Shown here piece after piece: positions 15,501-20,525 of a DNA stretch of 20,525 nucleotides (within the stretch, counting starts at the first letter, position 1; each line of letters starts with the position of its first letter). The notes beneath the pieces were generated by a model. It was given only the letters and a program-made list of their open reading frames with translations. It had not been told where the DNA came from and searched no databases. The stretch comes from Thermoplasmata archaeon (GTDB lineage: Archaea > Thermoplasmatota > Thermoplasmata > GCA-020350865): positions 1,104,309 through 1,124,833 of the forward strand of contig CP070751.1 of the NCBI GenBank assembly GCA_020348445.1, written 5' to 3'. A program made the position numbers and the translations under genes.

Positions 15501-16802
15501 GATGATGGCAATTTCGGCTCGGGCGAGAAGCCAAACCATATCTATGCCGACCCAGGTGTCTACACCGTCACTTTAACTGTAACGGATGATGATGGTGACA
15601 CGGGTCAAGACATTTGTACGATAACTGTAGATCCGAGACCTCCAAATCCATCTATAAACCTCGTTTACGGGTGGAACCTCATATCCTTCCCTTATATTGT
15701 AAGTGATACCAGTCTAGAAACTGTACTGAGCTCAATTGATGGAAAATACGATTCAGTTCAATACTTCGATTCCTCGGATTCTGCAGATCCTTGGAAACAT
15801 TATAACGTGAAAAAACCAGGACATCTAAATGATCTTACTCAAATTGATAATACAATGGGATTCTGGATCCATATCACCGATCCATCTGGTGCCGATTTGG
15901 TAATTGATGGAGATATACCTTCCATTCCACATAATATAACTCTAAATGCCGGCTGGAACCTTGTTGGTCTGCCCAGGACCGATTATATCACTGTTTCCGA
16001 AGTAAGATCTGTTTTGACAGGACCAATAACAATTTACGAATTCAATCCTCTTGGAGAGCCCCAGAACTGGAAAGGCCTCGATTTTGATGATGTGATGAAC
16101 CCTGAAAAAGGATTTTATATTCATTCTCCAGTCACCCAAACCTGGACCGTGGCAAATGGTGGGGCAACTGAATATGATGTGGATGTCAATACATTGGCAC
16201 TCTGGCATTTGAATGATAATCTGGATGATGTGACAGGACACGGTTATACCTTTGGTCTGCAGGGCAGCGCCCAGATCTCGGACGAGAACGTCATGTGGAT
16301 GGACAGTCCCTCGGGAAAATCCCTCAAATTCTCAGGTTATACAGATAAGGCAATGGTCTCAATTCCGCGCTCAGCATTGTGGAACTCCGCTGACGATGTC
16401 CTTGACTTCGAGGCAAGGATGTACATAGAGGCCTACGATGCCTGGAGCTATGAGAATGTTTATGTCATGGGATTGTACCAGAGGTACGACCATAACTACC
16501 TTTTCTACGATGGCAAATGGGAGGATCCACATATCAGGATCGAGAATCCCACAGCTAAAACATATATCATGGAGTCCACACAGGTCGCAAGTGATATTCC
16601 CCTTGGTGAGTGGTTCCAGATAAACCTTGTTCTGGGATGGGGACAGGCCTTCGTATATGTAAACGAACAGCTGGTGGCCAACCTAAGTATGCAGCCAGAG
16701 TTCGAGGGATTAAGTGATCCAATCGAGATATGGTTCGGTGGATTCGTAGGTTATGTAGATGAGATCAGGCTCAGCGATATCGATCGTAATGTGGATCCAT
16801 AA
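12561..16802 (+). CDS. Multidomain glycoside hydrolase family 9 (cellulase-like) protein: signal/anchor, N-terminal beta domains, Ig-like + GH9 catalytic, Pro linker, PKD, two GWNL repeats, LamG/ConA-like; 1413 aa
   Basis: GAGGT SD 6 nt before ATG 12561. VNQVAY (like the CelD_N NQVGY motif); GGFHDAGDFD at ~14034; candidate catalytic Glu in TSEG at 15216; SPPPPPP; PVADAG...YSWNFDDG...YTVTLTVTDDDG (PKD); GWNLISFP/GWNLVGLP; LALWHLND...GYVDEIRLS. Confidence 0.88.
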   Translation: MKRESKKKSKLCPRSITCIAVICLLFLSTLSISIISQEKNPLGASKGESEPMGADPPINQSDIVTGVSSSRIVLDWDDVPGASGYNVYYAPEPRYLDDDNNRKADAAGITESIHTITNLSPATNVFIRVEVLGTEAEDLYDHAKTLGGPRAELESAVREVHMAAPDIIEIVFADYRTVYDGSQLTGNDGAAWQSATWTITRLDGNPINVQAAHRKSIPVSQPDWGYNTDTWGDKDNDVVDLDHHIFLKLYQNVLTNPDTDTAEILNIKTTDGPTGTLEFNMVFSDNYLEGPIDVNQVAYSPMATERYAYVHEWMGDGGPVPVTSYQNYPACVLYEPANITDERGVVLSGISVVKRSPERLDAYGKDEASGTDVGSIDISSLGAQDNLTYRVKIPGVGVSWPTQVSNLGFLKAFYVTLRGFDANGWYRSIEEAYWGPYTRPIDEYSDCGTRSHGWAYIPPPDLENYDWNSDFDFNVMIDGNGDPKGTKIPVRGGFHDAGDFDIRPSHTMIPIILLAVYELNSNAFTDGQLDIEESGNGIPDLLDLALWGSRAFEDIQRSNGGVSMGVQTDGHPQQYFYANNDIYKSHHPGYPGLKPHWTYAPSAAISAIAAGFFAKGAYLVEPFDAARASELETKAIDAYTYAKNNGASTHTKIYGAGELWRLTGDSQYKDDFESFWDAGAWNYESSSYDKYRSTSNYVNGDVALPQFVDAYVSMPGARSDIVNAFKADLITISDERIADTDNRHGHRNNRPVTHVGYGQGYGLGRWSEATISLLKFDDLSISDRQKYINMLSLNADFLLGTNPLSHVPMSGLGTINPMEPLWHDGLAFHKQFDLPIIPGYSVFGPFDDFTADSYYAEAGAGFYPDHNDFPLMNNFADVRTWVRTSEGTSHYTQTSHALFYCALLAEGLQVPDSWKPGGSNFLNGIPGTGGGSPPPPPPANKLPVADAGDDQNVLEDQPVYFDGSGSYDLDGFIVDYSWNFDDGNFGSGEKPNHIYADPGVYTVTLTVTDDDGDTGQDICTITVDPRPPNPSINLVYGWNLISFPYIVSDTSLETVLSSIDGKYDSVQYFDSSDSADPWKHYNVKKPGHLNDLTQIDNTMGFWIHITDPSGADLVIDGDIPSIPHNITLNAGWNLVGLPRTDYITVSEVRSVLTGPITIYEFNPLGEPQNWKGLDFDDVMNPEKGFYIHSPVTQTWTVANGGATEYDVDVNTLALWHLNDNLDDVTGHGYTFGLQGSAQISDENVMWMDSPSGKSLKFSGYTDKAMVSIPRSALWNSADDVLDFEARMYIEAYDAWSYENVYVMGLYQRYDHNYLFYDGKWEDPHIRIENPTAKTYIMESTQVASDIPLGEWFQINLVLGWGQAFVYVNEQLVANLSMQPEFEGLSDPIEIWFGGFVGYVDEIRLSDIDRNVDP

Positions 16803-16932
16803 AGAGAGGAAAAAAAGTGGTTGTTGAGGAGGGGGAGTCTTGAGGTAGGACGTGTAAATCAGTATGAATCCGTATTTGACTGGAGTCATACCCGAAGTGC
16901 GGTTCAAACAAATTTCTGGTCAATAATTTCAG

Positions 16933-17032
16933 CGGATTTAGAAGTGGAAGTCCCTTCGGTAGGACGAATAAAAAGAGATTTTGATTATTAATTTTTATTT
17001 TCGGGATTAGAAGGATGGTGATCTTTTGTGAA
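16933..17032 (+). repeat. Two tandem family A copies (16933-16962, 17002-17032)
   Basis: CGGATTTA-GAAGTGG-AAG-TCCCTTC-G-GTAG and CGGGATTA-GAAGGAT-GGTG-ATCTTTT-G-TGAA, starts 69 nt apart. Confidence 0.85.
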
Positions 17033-17197
17033 TATGAATTGTCGGAATATAGGTAGAAATCTCTTATTTTTTCATGTATATTCATAATTATATGAGAATA
17101 ATAAATATAATGATTGGCTGAATAACCATTTATATATGTTAATTTATTACCGAAATTATACATAAACAGGTTACTAAATAAAAAAGCGGGGAATGAC

Positions 17198-17587
17198 ATG
17201 GATATCTGTTTGACAATTACTACGATAATAATACTTGGTCCATTTATCGCGGGTGTGGTTGCTGCTATAATAGCATCGAAGGGCAAAGGGAAGACGGCGA
17301 TTGATAAGTTTATAGAGAGCACGAGAATCTTACAATCATTTCTCATCATACCAATGAAATCCTATAAATCTAAAAGGAAAAAAATTAGGCAATCCATATT
17401 CTGCATACTCGTTGCTTTCGGTGTTATATATTTCACGGGATTTTGGGCCTACTATCAGGATATTGCCGCCCTAAAGATCATTTTCTCAGCTATCGCAATT
17501 TTATACATAATTATTTTAGTTCGAAACGTGATAGTTCTTGGGGCATTACTTGGATCAAAGAAAAAAACTAAAGCCAAATCCTATTAA
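17198..17587 (+). CDS. Small three-TM membrane protein, 129 aa
   Basis: TTTATATA at 17129-17136, GGGGA SD-like; three hydrophobic segments; basic C-terminus. Confidence 0.75.
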   Translation: MDICLTITTIIILGPFIAGVVAAIIASKGKGKTAIDKFIESTRILQSFLIIPMKSYKSKRKKIRQSIFCILVAFGVIYFTGFWAYYQDIAALKIIFSAIAILYIIILVRNVIVLGALLGSKKKTKAKSY

Positions 17588-17739
17588 TTACGAATTTGAT
17601 TCTTATGTTATGATGCTAGCCATTTTTGATCTCAAATCGTGATTCGTGAAGGGATGAAATGTGATTGAATCTCCAATATTCGGGTTGTAAAAGTGGTTAT
17701 GGAGATCATCTACTGTGGGAGTTCTGAAAGTAATTTATG

Positions 17740-17769
17740 CGGGATTAGAAGGGTAAAATCGTTCGGTAA
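17740..17769 (+). repeat. Repeat family A copy
   Basis: CGGGATTA-GAAGGGT-AAA-ATCGTTC-G-GTAA; 3' flank (aagacatataaaaagagatttt) resembles that of the 16933 copy. Degenerate head at 17681. Confidence 0.8.
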
Positions 17770-18011
17770 GACATATAAAAAGAGATTTTGAATAAATCAA
17801 TATAATATAATAAAAGGTTAAGAGATATAAATAATTATAACAAAATAACATAATTGAATAGAAAAAATTTTATATTTAGGAGTTGATTTACCTTCGGCTT
17901 TGGAAGGGAATTACCTGGAAGGTTATTCTCGGAAGGGCCTGAGTTGGGAGGTGTAATAGAACCTTCTCTTTGAATCATTCCCTTGTTCTCAGAGGGGGGA
18001 GGTGATAAAGA

Positions 18012-18737
18012 ATGAGAAAATTCATAACAACAGGAATGATATTGATATTTGTTATATCGATGTGTGCCATAACTATATCTTCCGCAGCAGTTGCCGCACC
18101 TTCAGGAAAAGGCGTTTCGACGCGCCCGATCGAGGATTTTGTTAACGCACAGGGTAAACACGGATGGTACCTTATGTGGGGAACTAATGCATGGGACCGT
18201 GAGGCGTACGTTGATTATGCTGGGATAGACAACGAAGCGATCATAGTCGCGGGCGGTGATGATCTCGGAACAACATTTTCCGGTACCATTACTGAGAAAG
18301 TTCTTAAAGATGGAAACACTCTAGTGCATGTCACTCTCTTCACAAAGAATGCACTGACCTATTCGTATGATGCTCCTATCGATGACTTTGTCTATGGAAG
18401 TACTCCGGGCGAGGTAATTAGTGGCGCGCATGCGTCCCTTGGCAGCAGCAGGTTCAGTCTCACATACATAACAGATGAAGCCCCAGGTGCACCGATGCCG
18501 GATTTGGTTGATATGGTTGTTTTTGGAATACCAGGCACGTATCCCACAAAAGTCAATTTCGTGGCAAATTCAAGGGGAGAGCTCAATGAGGAATATGGAG
18601 TTCCCCAGGGGACACCGGGTAGTTTAACGGTGGTAATGGAGGCAAATTTCAATGCACCAGGTCTCTGGAAGTGCGGTCACTTTTTGCCATCGTTTTGGCC
18701 AGTAAGCATTGTCAATGTGCAACAGATCGGTAATTAA
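18012..18737 (+). CDS. Secreted hypothetical protein, 241 aa
   Basis: GGAGGTGA SD 6 nt before the ATG; signal peptide MRKFITTGMILIFVISMCAITISSAAVA; TTTTATAT near 17869. Confidence 0.85.
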   Translation: MRKFITTGMILIFVISMCAITISSAAVAAPSGKGVSTRPIEDFVNAQGKHGWYLMWGTNAWDREAYVDYAGIDNEAIIVAGGDDLGTTFSGTITEKVLKDGNTLVHVTLFTKNALTYSYDAPIDDFVYGSTPGEVISGAHASLGSSRFSLTYITDEAPGAPMPDLVDMVVFGIPGTYPTKVNFVANSRGELNEEYGVPQGTPGSLTVVMEANFNAPGLWKCGHFLPSFWPVSIVNVQQIGN

Positions 18738-18761
18738 AAATTCTAAATATAAGGAAAAACG

Positions 18762-18802
18762 GCCCGGCATTCTATCCCTTGTCGGGTCCTCAAATTTTTT
18801 TT
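18762..18802 (+). terminator. Hairpin plus oligo-T terminator between convergent genes
   Basis: GCCCGGCA (18762-18769) pairs with TGTCGGGT (18780-18787, two G-T pairs), followed by a T8 run. Confidence 0.5.
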
Positions 18803-18836
18803 ATTGTATCAAACAGGGAACCAGGGAATCGCCTAA

Positions 18837-19190
18837 TCAACTTGCTGATTCTATCTCAATTAATATCTTATTTTTTCCTACTTTTGATATAATTACGATC
18901 TCATCTCCTCTTATGTCAAGATTTTTTTCCAAATCGGATGGAATCCGTAAAACGGTTCCTCTACCGCTTTTCGATAATTTCCTGTACAATTTTAGAGGTT
19001 TTCCCCAAATTTTCATTCTTCTGGCAACCTTAATCATCTTCTGGCCTTCCTCTTCCGGGATGAACTCCTCTCCGCATGATGTGCATCTGTTTCCTTTTTC
19101 AATGAAGAAATATCCTTCTACCTCAGACACGATATCCTCGACGTGTACTAATTTGCCCTTTTCACAAACAGGACACTTTTTTTCTTTCAT
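18837..19190 (-). CDS. Putative antitoxin: YgiT/MqsA-type zinc ribbon fused to an AbrB/MazE-like DNA-binding domain, 117 aa
   Basis: CPVC...CTSC at the N-terminus; LSKSGRGTVLRIPSDLEKNLDIRGDEIVI at the C-terminus. ATG 19190 lies 8 nt after GGAGGTGA and 1 nt after the upstream stop. Confidence 0.82.
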   Translation of the reverse strand: MKEKKCPVCEKGKLVHVEDIVSEVEGYFFIEKGNRCTSCGEEFIPEEEGQKMIKVARRMKIWGKPLKLYRKLSKSGRGTVLRIPSDLEKNLDIRGDEIVIISKVGKNKILIEIESAS

Positions 19191-19191
19191 G

Positions 19192-19440
19192 TTATCCTTC
19201 ACCTCCGGTTATTATAAAGATTGTTTCAAACTCCCAGTAATAAACTGCGACAACTTTCTTTTCTCCTTTCTTTTTGATATAGAATTCATATTTCTTTTTT
19301 CCAATCTTTTTTGTTTTATATGCGTTTTTAATGGCATCTCTTAGATCTTCATAATCCCAATCCCATTTTTTCATCCAAGTGTTTCGAAAGTGGTTGTTCA
19401 CTTCAAGTTTGCAAGTATCTATATCATATTTTCGCACCAC
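19192..19440 (-). CDS. Putative toxin (DUF4258/RelE-like small basic protein), 82 aa
   Basis: Small Lys-rich protein translationally coupled to the zinc-ribbon/AbrB gene; its own TATA (TTTAAATA, 19480-19473). Family call is by context and resemblance only. Confidence 0.7.
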   Translation of the reverse strand: MVRKYDIDTCKLEVNNHFRNTWMKKWDWDYEDLRDAIKNAYKTKKIGKKKYEFYIKKKGEKKVVAVYYWEFETIFIITGGEG

Positions 19441-19443
19441 TTT

Positions 19444-19464
19444 TTCACTACATTATGTATTGAA
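19444..19464. promoter_or_regulatory. Palindromic operator candidate for TA autoregulation
   Basis: TTCA-C-TACAT-T-ATGTA-T-TGAA lies between the TATA box and the toxin start codon. Confidence 0.5.
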
Positions 19465-19551
19465 TTTCATTATATTTAAAGGCTTCGATACAACTGCTGA
19501 ATGTTGATATAACTAAGATTTCGGATATGGTTACGAGGAGTCAATGCTCAT

Positions 19552-19613
19552 ATTTGGTATGCCATTTTCGTGCGATATCTCACGGATTTGGCATGCCATT
19601 TTCGTGAGATGGA
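19552..19613 (+). repeat. Repeat family B, head-to-tail tandem (partial + complete unit)
   Basis: ATTTGGTATGCCATTTTCGTGCGAT followed directly by ATCTCACG-GATT-TGGCATGCCA-TTTT-CGTGAGAT-GGA. Confidence 0.92.
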
Positions 19614-19823
19614 GGTTCATTGAACAAAGGGTCATTTTGGTGCACTGGTTCAGCCCTGAATAATCCCGCAAAAATTAGTGTTTTAGCCCGAGCAGATGGG
19701 GTGGGTGCGTTGGGAATCTGGGGATTTTTGCCGGATTCGGGTGATGCATTTGATTTTTTGCTCTGGGAGGCAAGGGTGAGCCTTTGGGAGGATATGTGAA
19801 AAGTTCTGGTTAGTAATTTTGAG

Positions 19824-20043
19824 CGGGGTTAGAGGGGTGAAGCCCCTCGTAAGAACGTCTATAGTAATTCGTAATTTTTGTGGAGTTAAAGAGGTGGAAC
19901 CTCTTGTAAGAACGTATGGTAGAAATTCTTAATTATTAATATTTATTTTCGGGATTAAAAGCCGGAGGCTTTGTGAAATAATATGTGAAATAATCCTTAT
20001 TACTTGTTTCTACGGGTTGAAAAGGGAGGGGGCCCTTTGTTTA
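19824..20043 (+). repeat. Array of four family A hairpins (starts 19824, 19881, 19950, 20013)
   Basis: Stems GAGGGGT/GCCCCTC, AAGAGGT/ACCTCTT, AAAGCC/GGCTTT, AAAGGG/CCCTTT; start-to-start spacings 57, 69 and 63 nt. Confidence 0.9.
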
Positions 20044-20074
20044 ATGTTAAGTAGAAATGATTGTTCTTGTTAAA

Positions 20075-20362
20075 CTAACTCATCTCTTCGATTTCAGACA
20101 ACTCTTGGTCAATATCCTCCAGTTCTTCATTCAAGCCTCTAAGTATTTGCATTATTTGGGCAATTGATGTGTCCGTCATCTCAGCGAGTTTCTTTATTGA
20201 AAAGCCTTGTTTATAGTATTCTATAACCATCTCTTCTACCACACCTTTAGCGATATACTTCCTTGCAACCGCTGACATCGGTAGATATTCAGCTTTAGAT
20301 TTCATATGAAGATATTTTACTATATTATCTGGTAATGTCACGTTTATATTTTCACTCATCAT
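20075..20362 (-). CDS. Putative antitoxin, RHH + HTH (UPF0175-like), 95 aa
   Basis: N-terminal INVTLPDNIVKYL (ribbon-helix-helix-like); YYKQGFSIKKLAEMTDTS (HTH-like); acidic tail; coupled to the upstream gene. Confidence 0.75.
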   Translation of the reverse strand: MMSENINVTLPDNIVKYLHMKSKAEYLPMSAVARKYIAKGVVEEMVIEYYKQGFSIKKLAEMTDTSIAQIMQILRGLNEELEDIDQELSEIEEMS

Positions 20363-20363
20363 T

Positions 20364-20525
20364 TCATCTCCATTTCTTAATTCTTCTAATCACAGCTTCG
20401 ATATCCTTTGGTCTTATATATACCTCCTTTAGATCATTTAGGAATGATATACCTTCATTATAGGTTACGAGTTTATTTTTTATCATGTAGCCAATATACT
20501 GGGGTGTTGTGTAGGATCTTATGCT
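20364..20525 (-). CDS. C-terminal part of a probable PIN-domain (DUF3368-like) toxin, 5' end beyond the window
   Basis: Manual translation SIRSYTTPQYIGYMIKNKLVTYNEGISFLNDLKEVYIRPKDIEAVIRRIKKWR*; the stop is 1 nt before the next ATG. Family call rests mostly on context. Confidence 0.65.
   Translation of the reverse strand, partial: SIRSYTTPQYIGYMIKNKLVTYNEGISFLNDLKEVYIRPKDIEAVIRRIKKWR

Noticed and set aside
16771-17349. 192-aa minus-strand ORF
   Set aside because: Runs through AT-rich intergenic DNA and two A repeats and overlaps 17198..17587 antisense; composition is typical of a spurious frame.
18709-19344. 211-aa plus-strand ORF
   Set aside because: Antisense to the TA pair; F/S/L-rich shadow of Lys-rich genes.
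19577-19610. Xer/dif or loxP/FRT-type site
   Set aside because: The 34-bp length is suggestive, but the layout (8-4-10-4-8 with a palindromic centre) does not match 11-6-11 dif or 13-8-13 lox/FRT sites with an asymmetric central spacer.
19824-20043. CRISPR mini-array (29-nt GTT...AAC units with ~28-40-nt gaps)
   Set aside because: Units differ by compensatory stem changes instead of being near-identical. The gaps are AT-rich and resemble each other, copies are dispersed singly across the window, and no cas genes are present.
1128-20043. Classical integron attC sites
   Set aside because: attC needs RYYYAAC...GTTRRRY enclosing a ~55-140-nt palindrome directly after each co-oriented gene. Here GTT precedes a ~17-nt hairpin, genes face both ways, and no intI is present.
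1-20525. tRNA, rRNA, IS transposase, integrase or cas genes
   Set aside because: None recognisable by eye in either strand or in the ORF track; a tRNAscan/Infernal run would be needed to exclude small RNAs formally.

Overview
Archaeal accessory region (TATA/BRE promoters, GGAGGTGA Shine-Dalgarno sites, archaeal-type lipobox). Thermoplasmatota is my inference from the protein motifs. It holds about 16 mostly stand-alone genes in mixed orientation: two divergent Asp-box/BNR propeller proteins (one cut by the window edge), an FG-GAP propeller, a 1413-aa multidomain GH9 glycoside hydrolase, several secreted or membrane hypotheticals, a lipoprotein, a flavodoxin and two toxin-first toxin-antitoxin-like pairs. 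No rRNA, tRNA, transposase, integrase or cas gene is visible. The unexplained structure is mostly non-coding. (A) 15 copies of a ~30-bp bulged-hairpin repeat show compensatory base changes and all lie on the + strand regardless of gene direction. (B) A ~40-bp interrupted palindrome built from 17-bp half-sites occurs at 4 loci. A and/or B is present in 13 of 14 intergenic gaps, giving a cassette-array-like layout. (C) A conserved ~100-nt 5' leader (GC hairpin with an SD-like loop, small uORF, AAATACCAAT box) precedes three unrelated secreted proteins. In addition, three secreted proteins share a ~100-aa domain, and in one of them it is split by a ~177-aa insertion. All functional interpretations are hypotheses. 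All alignments were done by eye.
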